Origin: an uncultured bacterium
GTDB lineage: Bacteria > JAAXHH01
NCBI GenBank assembly: GCA_913051705.1
Contig: CAJXCW010000001.1
Span: 1 to 63,311, forward strand
Reading direction: 5' to 3'
DNA: 63,311 bases
Position 1 is the stretch's first letter. Every line of letters begins with the position of its first letter. The position numbers were made by a program, and so were the translations under genes. Positions 46,400 to 54,958 of the stretch are shown here, in pieces. The notes under the pieces were generated by a model, which worked only from the letters and a program-made list of their open reading frames with translations, did not search any database and was not told the origin of the DNA.

Positions 46400-47671
46400 T
46401 TAAGGTCGGTCCGACGAACCGACCTGGCGTACACGATCCTGCCATAGTAGCTTCAGTTGTTCCAGCTCCAGTTTGTGTTGTTCCATCTCCATCTCATGTT
46501 CCAGTATCATTTGTTGAAGCATATCCAGGTTCCGAAGCGCTTCATCCTCATCAACCACTCTCTCCTCGGGTGGTTCTTCCAGGAGACGGGGCTGCGGCAC
46601 CAGAACAGTATGCGTGATATTTTCCAGATCGTCACGTAAATATTTAATCTCTATCTTTGAACCGATGGGCAGGGTGATCACGAATTCGGCCAGCATAATC
46701 GGGTGGTCCATGGAAATGCCGTTGATTTCAAGTAGCCAGTCTCCCTTTTGCAATCCCGCTTTTTCCGCAGGACTATCCGGAAAGACATCAGTAATTTCCA
46801 TACCATCACTCTTACCAACCACCACATTCAACGCGGCGTTGATATTAACGCTGTCCCATATTTTTTCTACATACACCCCCAACCAGCTTCGACGGATTTC
46901 ACCATATTCGATCAAATGCCGGGCGAATGTTTTGACTCTGTTTATCGGGATAACGGAGACCACCCCGGATCCCTCGCTGGATATTATACCACCGGATGGA
47001 ATTGTTTTATTACCGGTTTCTCCTACGATCAAGCCAATAAGTCGTCCTTCGAGAGAAAATGCGGCGCCACCTGTAAACCCCCTGGAAAGTATGGCGCTGA
47101 CCTGGAGCAGGACATCTTCTTTTCTGATTCCGTTGACGATACCGAGTGAGATGGAAGACGGTGTGCCGTAGGCGTTACTTAGAAGTAAAACCCAGGCCCC
47201 TGGCCGTGCATCATCAGAGTCGCCTAGCAAAACCGGGGAGACCGAGACGCTGTCGACTCGAATGACCGCAATATCGGATAGTAAATCGACCCCGACTATT
47301 TTTCCTGAACGATATTGTCCGTCCGGAAAGCTGACCAGAATATCATAGGCATGAGTAACGACGCCGGCCGTCGTAAGAATATAGCCGTCCTTATGTAAAA
47401 CTACACCCGACCCCACGGCACGGGTCCAATCCGTAATAATTTGCCCATTGATATTGGTCACATGCTTCCGCTGAACGATTACAGTGGCGACAGAATGCTC
47501 GACTCGTTTCACGAGAGCAATCATTTCTTTTTCCATCATGTTGAGTGTTGTCGCCGGCTGGGCTGTAACACGTAAAAACCCGCCTGACAGCAACAAGCCC
47601 AGCGTAAAAAAACACACAAAAGCTTTGCCGTGGCGGGTAGATGGAAAAACTGTATTCGATGGGGTGATCAT
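46400..47671 (-). CDS. HtrA/DegP-like trypsin-fold plus PDZ protein with degenerate catalytic triad and coiled-coil tail
   Basis: Signal/anchor AFVCFFTLGLLLSGGFL. GSGVVLHKDGYILTTAGVV (Gly where TNxHVV has His), SDIAVIRVD (Asp kept), GFTGGAAF (Thr where GNSGG has Ser). PDZ region VFPDSPAEKAGLQKGDWLLEING. Confidence 0.75.
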   Translation of the reverse strand: MITPSNTVFPSTRHGKAFVCFFTLGLLLSGGFLRVTAQPATTLNMMEKEMIALVKRVEHSVATVIVQRKHVTNINGQIITDWTRAVGSGVVLHKDGYILTTAGVVTHAYDILVSFPDGQYRSGKIVGVDLLSDIAVIRVDSVSVSPVLLGDSDDARPGAWVLLLSNAYGTPSSISLGIVNGIRKEDVLLQVSAILSRGFTGGAAFSLEGRLIGLIVGETGNKTIPSGGIISSEGSGVVSVIPINRVKTFARHLIEYGEIRRSWLGVYVEKIWDSVNINAALNVVVGKSDGMEITDVFPDSPAEKAGLQKGDWLLEINGISMDHPIMLAEFVITLPIGSKIEIKYLRDDLENITHTVLVPQPRLLEEPPEERVVDEDEALRNLDMLQQMILEHEMEMEQHKLELEQLKLLWQDRVRQVGSSDRP

Positions 47672-47676
47672 GGTGG

Positions 47677-48519
47677 TTAGAAAGAGATACGGATACGTTT
47701 TATCTGAGAAGCAGGTCTAATCAGCCGCTTCATCGCCTGTAAGCGATTCCTATTTAGCGGCATTCTTCCAATCATAAACGCGTTCATATCCCTTTGACGA
47801 GAGACATTAAGATTAATTGTCTGATTCGTCAGGGAACCTGGCTCCATCCTTTTCTGAGGTATAGTGGAGACGGTTTGAAATTCCGGAGACGGTTGGGAAT
47901 CCATCGTAGGAATAGTCATAATAGCATTACTGGTCAATGTGTGTGGTGCTTTCGCAACTGAATTTGTCAAGATGACTACCGGTGAATTCGGGATAATCTC
48001 TGGGGGAGCCATGTGTGAGACCATAGAGATAGCCATCACAGGAGCCAGTTCCGACTCAAACGGTATCGGTGAAATAATATCCCAGGAGGCCAGATCATGT
48101 TCAACAGGCGTAGGAATAGTCAAAATAGCAAGGGTAGAACCTGATGGGAATGAGGATAATCCGATGATGACGGCAATGGTCAATAATATACTGGTCGCAA
48201 ACACGAGTTGTACCGTACGTTGACGACTGTATTGTGTCAATTCGTCCAACGATCCTTTTATCGAAGCCCAGAAAGGAACGGCGTACAACTCACGGGTCCG
48301 CGCGGCATGCAAGCGGCTACGAAGGACTTGCTCGAAATCCGGTCGTGGGGGTAGGGAAGGTAAACCGCGTATAGCAAGAATGGATCGCTCCATGTCCCCT
48401 ATTTTGGTCTGGCATCGCGGACAACCCGTTAGATGAAAACGGAGTTCATCTCCGCACTCTTGATCCAACAGACCATCCAGATACTCTGAAAATTGTTTTT
48501 CGTAGTCGTTGCAGTTCAA
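47677..48519 (-). CDS. Anti-sigma factor (zf-HC2 type, single-pass membrane)
   Basis: N-terminal CNDYEKQFSEYLDGLLDQECGDELRFHLTGCPRCQ (H-x3-C-x2-C), TM segment VQLVFATSILLTIAVIIGL. 18 nt after the sigma gene. TTG start assumed. Confidence 0.65.
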   Translation of the reverse strand: MNCNDYEKQFSEYLDGLLDQECGDELRFHLTGCPRCQTKIGDMERSILAIRGLPSLPPRPDFEQVLRSRLHAARTRELYAVPFWASIKGSLDELTQYSRQRTVQLVFATSILLTIAVIIGLSSFPSGSTLAILTIPTPVEHDLASWDIISPIPFESELAPVMAISMVSHMAPPEIIPNSPVVILTNSVAKAPHTLTSNAIMTIPTMDSQPSPEFQTVSTIPQKRMEPGSLTNQTINLNVSRQRDMNAFMIGRMPLNRNRLQAMKRLIRPASQIKRIRISF

Positions 48520-48537
48520 AGCAGATATCCTTAAAAA

Positions 48538-49176
48538 CTAAACCTCGATGTGCCACTGTCTTAACAAAGCCTGCAGCCTGAGACGAGCCCGATTTACACG
48601 CGATTTGACCGTGCCGGTGGGGCAGTCCAGAATATGACTGATCTGTTCGTAAGATAATTCCTGTACATCTCGAAGGACAATAACCGTACGGTATTTAATC
48701 GGTAGTAGATCTATCGCTTTTTGAATGGTCCGACCTAATTCGCTTTGTTCCAGGTGTTCGAACGGCCCGGAGGATGGATCAGGCAGGTCAAACCCTTCTG
48801 TGTTACTGTCTTGATACGTCGATGAATTCAGTGAGAAAAACTGACGCCTTTTACGTTTGCGTAGTTCACTACGCGCCAAATTCAAGGCAATAGTATAGAT
48901 CCACGTCGAAAAATTGGACGTAGCCTGATAATTATGTCGATTTTTATAAACGCGTAGGAAAGTTTCCTGCACCAGATCTTCCGCATTTTCCGCATTGTTC
49001 ACCATGCGATACACGCAATTGTACAACCTGGTTTTGTACCGGCTGACAATCATCTCGAACGCGTGCATGTCCGCGCGTTGCACCTGGCTGAACAACATTT
49101 CATCGGTGGCGGTCAAGAGGTCATAACCGTCCGGCTGTGTTTTTTCAGCCGTTGCTGCAAATATGTAATTAGACAT
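48538..49176 (-). CDS. ECF-type RNA polymerase sigma-70 factor
   Basis: Start at the ATG at 49176 (GGAGG upstream). Region 2 EDLVQETFLRVYKN and WIYTIALNLA, region 4 YRTVIVLRDVQELSYEQISHILDCPTGTVKSRVNRARLRL. Confidence 0.87.
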   Translation of the reverse strand: MSNYIFAATAEKTQPDGYDLLTATDEMLFSQVQRADMHAFEMIVSRYKTRLYNCVYRMVNNAENAEDLVQETFLRVYKNRHNYQATSNFSTWIYTIALNLARSELRKRKRRQFFSLNSSTYQDSNTEGFDLPDPSSGPFEHLEQSELGRTIQKAIDLLPIKYRTVIVLRDVQELSYEQISHILDCPTGTVKSRVNRARLRLQALLRQWHIEV

Positions 49177-49200
49177 AATAAAGCCCTCCCACTTCAATTA

Positions 49201-49225
49201 CACGTACCCCTATGGGAATGGTTCC
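49201..49225 (-). promoter_or_regulatory. Candidate autoregulated ECF promoter GGAAC-N16-CGTG
   Basis: The minus strand reads GGAACC ATTCCCATAGGGGTA CGTG. The -10-like element ends 24 nt before the ATG at 49176. Confidence 0.45.
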
Positions 49226-49490
49226 AAAAATAATATTCTAATAACCGAGGCTTTATTTTCTTTTCATGATAAGAAGCGTAGCGAGCCTCTTTACATAGTT
49301 GACACAAAGTAAAAAGATGGATTCAGGTCTGAAAAGTTATTTTAATCTGGATTCAGTCGGATCTAAATACGATCCTACAATATAGCAAATTCCAGGCAGC
49401 CATGTCAACAACCGAATTGATCCTTGATTAACATCCCTATCCACCCAATAACTCGGTGGATGACACCCGACCCTGCGGAATGCCCTTATT

Positions 49491-51176
49491 CTATTCTGCC
49501 GGCATATACTCACTAATATCATGAATCGTATATTGATATCCCTGTTCAGTCAGGAAAAGCTGCCGATTAACCGCATAGTCCTGATCGAGCGTATTCCGCG
49601 TTATAATGGAATAAAAAATGGCGGAAGATCCATCGACTTTGGGTCTTAGAATACGACCAAGTCGTTGGGCTTCCTCCTGCCTGGATCCGAAGGTGCCGGA
49701 TATCTGGATGGCCACATTGGCATCAGGCAGGTCGATTGCAAAATTAGCCACTTTAGACACCACCAGCCGTTTAATTTCACCAGAGCGGAATTTTGCATAT
49801 AATTCAATTCTGGTTTGAAGGGGGGTACTACCCGTGATGAGTGGAAGATTGAAAATGGCCGCGACTTCTTTGATCTGCTTCAAATACTGGCCAATAATCA
49901 AAATCTGATCAGTGGGGTGTTGTGCAAGTAACAAGCGGATCATATCCGCCTTACGGTCATTTTCAGATGCGATACGAAATTTTTCACGCCGATTGGCCAC
50001 AGCGTAGGGCATACGTCGTTCCTCAGGCAGATCAATCCGAATTTCTCGACAGTATGCTTCTGCAATCCATCCCTGACGTTCCAGCAACTTCCAGGGCATA
50101 TCGTACCGCTTTGGGCCGATTAAACTGAATACATCACTTTCACGACCGTCTTCCCGGATTAATGTGGCTGTCAGACCGAGTCGACGTCGGGCTTGAATTT
50201 CCGACGTGAACCGGAACACCGGTGCCGGAAGCAGATGAACTTCATCGTAAATGATGAGTCCCCACCCTTCCCGATTGAAAAGATCGAAATGTTTAAATTC
50301 ATCAGTCTTGCTTTTGCGGTACGTCAGAATCTGGTATGTGGCCAGGGTCACGGGTTTTATCTCTTTGACCACTCCGGAATACTCTCCAATGTCGTCACTT
50401 GTCAGCGTAGTCTTGTCAAGCAGCTCATCACGCCACTGGCGAAGGGCCACCGTGTTTGCCGAAAGAATTAATGTCTGGCATTGTAGGGCGGCCATAGCCC
50501 CTATGGCCACAACCGTTTTTCCTGCCCCGCAAGGTAAAACGATCACGCCGTTTCCACCACGCAACGCCCCGTTCATATGAAAGGCGCGAACGGAATCAGA
50601 TTGATAATCTCTCAATGAAAAAGGGAGCCCATCTTGTGTCGATTCCCGCAATTGAAAGGCAAGTGGGGTGCCCGTGACGTACCCTGCCAGATCTTCTACC
50701 GGGAACCCGACTTTAATCAAGGCTTGTTTTATATGACCCCGAAAACGATCTCCGACAAAAACGCTTCGTTCATCAATTTTTCCGATCAGAAATTTATTTA
50801 CGGAAGGCAATCCTGACACCTCTGCCATCAACACCGGATCGTCCGTTTCAAGAATAAGTTTGTCGTCCCTTTTTATCAAACGAATTTGTCCGTATCGGGT
50901 AATGAATTCAGTAATTTCCCGGCTTATATTCTGCGGCACTTCATATTTACTTAAGCGATTCAACGTAACCAGGATAGTCTCTGCATCCAATCCTGAAGCA
51001 GCGGCATTCCAAAGAGAAAGCGGAGAAATTCGGTAGGTGTGAATATGTTCCGGTGATTTTTCGAGTTCGGCAAATCGGGCTAACACATCCCGGGCATCTT
51101 CGTATTGAGGGTGGTCAGCTTCCAGAAGGACGGATCGATCACTTTGTACAATCAATGGATTTTGCATGTGAGGCAC
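49491..51176 (-). CDS. XPB/ERCC3/Ssl2-type SF2 DNA helicase
   Basis: 561 aa. N-terminal damage-recognition-like LIVQSDRSVLLEADHPQYEDARDVLARFAELEKSPEHIHTYRISPLSLWNAAASG, Walker A LPCGAGKT, DEVH box, TATLIRED. Confidence 0.87.
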   Translation of the reverse strand: MPHMQNPLIVQSDRSVLLEADHPQYEDARDVLARFAELEKSPEHIHTYRISPLSLWNAAASGLDAETILVTLNRLSKYEVPQNISREITEFITRYGQIRLIKRDDKLILETDDPVLMAEVSGLPSVNKFLIGKIDERSVFVGDRFRGHIKQALIKVGFPVEDLAGYVTGTPLAFQLRESTQDGLPFSLRDYQSDSVRAFHMNGALRGGNGVIVLPCGAGKTVVAIGAMAALQCQTLILSANTVALRQWRDELLDKTTLTSDDIGEYSGVVKEIKPVTLATYQILTYRKSKTDEFKHFDLFNREGWGLIIYDEVHLLPAPVFRFTSEIQARRRLGLTATLIREDGRESDVFSLIGPKRYDMPWKLLERQGWIAEAYCREIRIDLPEERRMPYAVANRREKFRIASENDRKADMIRLLLAQHPTDQILIIGQYLKQIKEVAAIFNLPLITGSTPLQTRIELYAKFRSGEIKRLVVSKVANFAIDLPDANVAIQISGTFGSRQEEAQRLGRILRPKVDGSSAIFYSIITRNTLDQDYAVNRQLFLTEQGYQYTIHDISEYMPAE

Positions 51177-51353
51177 AATAGACTCCGGGTCGTTTTCTTT
51201 TAATCATGGCAATCTCCAAACAAGAATCAGCAACCCAATATAGCTCCTTTTCATCCCTGCCTCAAGTAAAACCTCATTTCAAACGGCATAATGATGCCCA
51301 TGATATGATGCTTTACCCTATATAAATGATGTTACACCGCTACCTCCTATATC

Positions 51354-51421
51354 GCACGCAGGAGAGAACTCCTTCCCGTCAGTAGAACAGTATATCCTGG
51401 TAGGAGCTCTCTCCTGCGTGC
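51354..51421. repeat. Strong 19-bp hairpin (one mismatch, 30-nt loop) between the GT9 stop and the XPB start
   Basis: GCACGCAGGAGAGAACTCC (51354-51372) against GGAGCTCTCTCCTGCGTGC (51403-51421). Not a microsatellite. No U tract. Confidence 0.75.
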
Positions 51422-51468
51422 AATAGAAGCCAAAATACGCCATGTAGGCGTAACAATCAGTTGTTCTT

Positions 51469-52536
51469 TTATCGACAGTGGTTAGAGGTCGCCAGGACAT
51501 CCTGGACCGCTTCGAAGACCGAATCCACAGAAATTCGGATCATACAATCAAAATAAGGGCATGCTTCTTCAATACATCGAGGGCATGAAGGAACCTCAGG
51601 CGTTAGAACTTTATGATTCCCGCCATACGGTCCCCATCTGATGGGGCTACAAGGGGTAATCGGGCAGAAGAGAGCTACGGTGGACGTATCCACGGCAGCA
51701 GCGATATGCAACGGACCGGTACTATTGGTGATGCAAATAGCGGCCATTTCCAGTAAAGCGGTCAACTCTTTTATAGACAGGTCTCCAACCGCTGTAATCG
51801 GTGGGACCGGCATACAGTCGACCATGTGTTGTATCAAATGTGATTCCTGCTTCCCACCGGTTATAATAACCTGGATACCGGATTGAATCAATTTTGTTCC
51901 GAGTGCTGTAAATGAATCAGCAGGCCAGTCTCGCGCTGATCCGCTGCTGCCTGGATGGAGCACAGCGAAATGACCGGGTTCCAAGCCCCACTGCCTCAAG
52001 CGCTTTTTAATTGACTGCCGTGCCTCATCGGTTGCTCGTATGTTAGGAGAACCAGATACCTGTTCGCCGGTAAGCGCCTGGACCAAACTCAGATTGTAGT
52101 CTACTTCATGGCGCTGCGCATTCTTCCTATGTTCGAATACACGGTGGTTAAATAAGAGGCTATATCCACGATATCCTGTACCCAGGCGATGTGGCACGCC
52201 GGCGAGTCGGCAGGCCATGGCCAGTCTTAAGGTCGGATGGAGCAGCATTACGGTATCAAAATGATGACGGTGTATTTCATTGACCAGTCTGAAAAACCCG
52301 GATATGCCTTTGTGTAACCCTTTGGTATCGTCAATCATAAGATGATTCAGCGCAGGATGATTTTCGACTAATTCACGGGTGAAAGGCGCGACCATCAAAG
52401 CGATATAACTTTCAGGATATTGTTCCCGTAGCGTGGTGAGAACCGGTGTCGACAGGACAACATCGCCAAGGCGATCGGTGCGAATGACGAGGATACGTCC
52501 GGGCGCAGGATGGGAGGAAGCGGGTGATTTGCTCAT
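51469..52536 (-). CDS. Glycosyltransferase family 9 (heptosyltransferase-like)
   Basis: Start at MSKSPASSHPAPGRILVIRTDRLGDVVLSTP, 4 nt after the tsaC stop. HPGSSGSARDWP, NSTGPLHIAAAV. Cys-rich C-terminal tail CPRCIEEACPYFDC. Confidence 0.8.
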   Translation of the reverse strand: MSKSPASSHPAPGRILVIRTDRLGDVVLSTPVLTTLREQYPESYIALMVAPFTRELVENHPALNHLMIDDTKGLHKGISGFFRLVNEIHRHHFDTVMLLHPTLRLAMACRLAGVPHRLGTGYRGYSLLFNHRVFEHRKNAQRHEVDYNLSLVQALTGEQVSGSPNIRATDEARQSIKKRLRQWGLEPGHFAVLHPGSSGSARDWPADSFTALGTKLIQSGIQVIITGGKQESHLIQHMVDCMPVPPITAVGDLSIKELTALLEMAAICITNSTGPLHIAAAVDTSTVALFCPITPCSPIRWGPYGGNHKVLTPEVPSCPRCIEEACPYFDCMIRISVDSVFEAVQDVLATSNHCR

Positions 52537-52540
52537 GGCA

Positions 52541-53179
52541 TTAATGTTGGGTTTCCCATATCTCAATGATCTCTTCAAACGGTATCTGACCTGCTCTGAT
52601 AAGATGCGGTTCCCCCTTAGAGACATCCACGACAGTAGACGGTTTCGGTTCGGATGAACGGCCCCCATCGAGAATCATATCCACGGCTTCGCCCAGGTCT
52701 TTCTCTACCTCTTCTGCGGTGAGAGGATCAGGCCGGCCGGAAAGGTTCGCACTCGGGGCAGTTATGGGGCGGTCTGAATATCGACAGAGGGCCCTGGCAA
52801 TAGGCGACGCGGTGTGACGTATTCCAATGGTTGTCCCTCTGCCTAATAATTCTATAGGAACCTGAGGGGCGGCCTGAAAAGTTAAAGTCAACGGCCCCGG
52901 CCAGAAGGAGTCCATCAGGCTATATGCCAGGTCAGAGATGTCCAGCGTCAACTGATCCAACCAGATACGATCGTCGATTAATACCAGCACAGGTTTCGAC
53001 GCCGGCCGGCCTTTGGCCTGATAAATTCGGCGTATGGCATCAGACGCCGTGCCATCAACCCCAAGACCGTATACGGTCTCAGTGGGGAAAGCGATCAATC
53101 CGCCGTTCCGGATTATGGTAGCGGCATGCTGAATGATTGAAATATCAGGGGAATCTGGATCGACCTGTATTATTTGCAT
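52541..53179 (-). CDS. tsaC: L-threonylcarbamoyladenylate synthase (YrdC/Sua5/TsaC family)
   Basis: 212 aa. GGLIAFPTETVYGLG, KGRPASKPV, PSANLSGRP. Confidence 0.85.
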   Translation of the reverse strand: MQIIQVDPDSPDISIIQHAATIIRNGGLIAFPTETVYGLGVDGTASDAIRRIYQAKGRPASKPVLVLIDDRIWLDQLTLDISDLAYSLMDSFWPGPLTLTFQAAPQVPIELLGRGTTIGIRHTASPIARALCRYSDRPITAPSANLSGRPDPLTAEEVEKDLGEAVDMILDGGRSSEPKPSTVVDVSKGEPHLIRAGQIPFEEIIEIWETQH

Positions 53180-53286
53180 GAGAAATATGAAGGCCTTATC
53201 CTTCGAAGATGGGGTCTTCGATCTCTGAAAGAAACGTCATAGCGGGCTTAGAGGTGAGAATAATCGCCTGCATGTCTGCCTATGGG

Positions 53287-54558
53287 CTAATGTTTTAAGG
53301 CCTTCTGTCCGATATCCCGGCGACAATAGAGATTATCGAATGATATGGCCCCCACGGCTTCATAGGCGCGGTCAATAGACGATGGTAAATCATCTGCTAT
53401 GGCGGTGACACCAATGATTCGACCACCGTTTGTTACCAATTGGCCATCCCGAACGGCGGTGTCTGCATGGAATGGAATAACGTCCGGCATCGCCTCCAGC
53501 CGGTCCATGCCGAAAATCGGTTTTCCTTTTTCATAGGTTCCGGGATAGCCTTTCGATGCAACGACTACACAGGTGGCCGCCTTTTGTTGCCACTTTAACG
53601 GTATGTTGGGCAGATTCCCTTCACTGATCGCCAGCGCCAGTTCTGTGAAATCGTCTTCAAGCAATGGGAACAGAACCTGGGCTTCCGGGTCCCCGAAACG
53701 GCTGTTGAATTCCACCACTTTCGGGCCATCCGGAGTCATCATGATGCCGCAATATAATACCCCACGATAGATACGTCCCCGAGTTTTCAAGCCCCTGATG
53801 GTAGGGATGATGATCTGTTTGTGTATTCGATCCAGCATCTCTTCATCGATGAGAGGCGCCGGGGCGTAGGCCCCCATACCCCCAGTATTCGGGCCTTTGT
53901 CTCCCTCATAAATTTGCTTGTGGTCCTGTGTAGGGATCATCGGTAAAGTAACCTCCCCATCGGTGAGTGCAAAAACAGAAGCCTCTTCACCGGTCATAAA
54001 TTCTTCGATCACCACGCATTGACCTGCTTCCCCGAAGACGGTACCCACCATGATGTCATCCAGAGCTTTCAGGGCTTCGTTCTCGGTCATACAGACGATG
54101 GCTCCTTTGCCCGCTGCCAGGCCATCTGCTTTTACAACAATCGGCACGCCCTGTTGTCTAACATAGGCATTCGCTGCATCCACGTCTGTAAAGGTCGAAA
54201 AGGCTGCGGTCGGAATCCCATCTTCAATCATCAACTGCTTGGCGAACGCCTTACTCCATTCGATTTCTGCCGCTGCTTTTGTAGGACCAAAGGCCCGGAT
54301 CCCTTTTTCTTCGACTGCATCTACTACACCGGCAGCCAGGGCGCCATCAGGACCGACCACGACCAGGTCAACATGATGTGATTCTGCAAAGGCAGCCAGA
54401 GCGCCGGTATCTTCAGGGTCGATAGATACGCATTCCGCATATTGCGCCATGCCTGGATTCCCGGGTGCTGCATACATTTTTTTTATCCGGTCAGACTGAC
54501 TCAGCGCCCAGGTCAGGGTATGTTCTCGACCGCCCTTTCCGACAATCAGTATATTCAT
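53287..54558 (-). CDS. purD: Phosphoribosylamine--glycine ligase
   Basis: 423 aa. MNILIVGKGGREHTLTWAL, VVKADGLAAGKG, GPNTGGMGAY, EFNSRFGDPE. Confidence 0.93.
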   Translation of the reverse strand: MNILIVGKGGREHTLTWALSQSDRIKKMYAAPGNPGMAQYAECVSIDPEDTGALAAFAESHHVDLVVVGPDGALAAGVVDAVEEKGIRAFGPTKAAAEIEWSKAFAKQLMIEDGIPTAAFSTFTDVDAANAYVRQQGVPIVVKADGLAAGKGAIVCMTENEALKALDDIMVGTVFGEAGQCVVIEEFMTGEEASVFALTDGEVTLPMIPTQDHKQIYEGDKGPNTGGMGAYAPAPLIDEEMLDRIHKQIIIPTIRGLKTRGRIYRGVLYCGIMMTPDGPKVVEFNSRFGDPEAQVLFPLLEDDFTELALAISEGNLPNIPLKWQQKAATCVVVASKGYPGTYEKGKPIFGMDRLEAMPDVIPFHADTAVRDGQLVTNGGRIIGVTAIADDLPSSIDRAYEAVGAISFDNLYCRRDIGQKALKH

Positions 54559-54958
54559 TAATATATCCTTAACCGGCGAAACCGATTCATGGTGTCAGAT
54601 GCCCCTTGACGTAATAACGCCAGTTCGAAACTTTTAGAAGAGATCCTGCGTTTAAATGTAAAGAGGAAGATATAGAGTATGACACCTTATTATTTAAGGC
54701 TTGATAATGATGTATCCGATATTATGTATTAAAATATGAACAACATCATAAAAATCCATAAAACCATCAGCGTAAAAGCAATAAAAACATAAAACAAAAT
54801 TGAGGGTTTTGTCAAGTACCAAGTACGAATAATACAAAGTGTCGGGACAAAGATACCTATCCAAAAAATGTTTGACAATAGATCGGTGATATCGTATCAT
54901 CGAAACTTAGAATCGAACGTAATTCTTGCTTCCGATGCCGCTATGAAGGAGCGTCAAT

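Noticed and set aside
45642-51176. Prophage or mobile-element origin for the Rad52-like and helicase genes
   Set aside because: There is no integrase, recombination exonuclease partner, terminase, capsid or tail gene, no att-like direct repeats and no flanking tRNA. The neighbours are sigma/anti-sigma and housekeeping genes.
51318-51500. 60-aa ORF in the GT9/XPB gap
   Set aside because: It spans the large hairpin and overlaps the GT9 stop. It has no RBS or motif. The hairpin is the more parsimonious feature.
54559-54958. Purine-type riboswitch (for example ZTP/pfl) in the 400-bp AT-rich gap upstream of purD
   Set aside because: I could not find the conserved GGGTCGTGAC...CCGCCTGGGC-type elements or any convincing pseudoknot. 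Only a 7-bp GGTGTCA/TGACACC pairing is present. The gap more likely holds plain divergent promoters.
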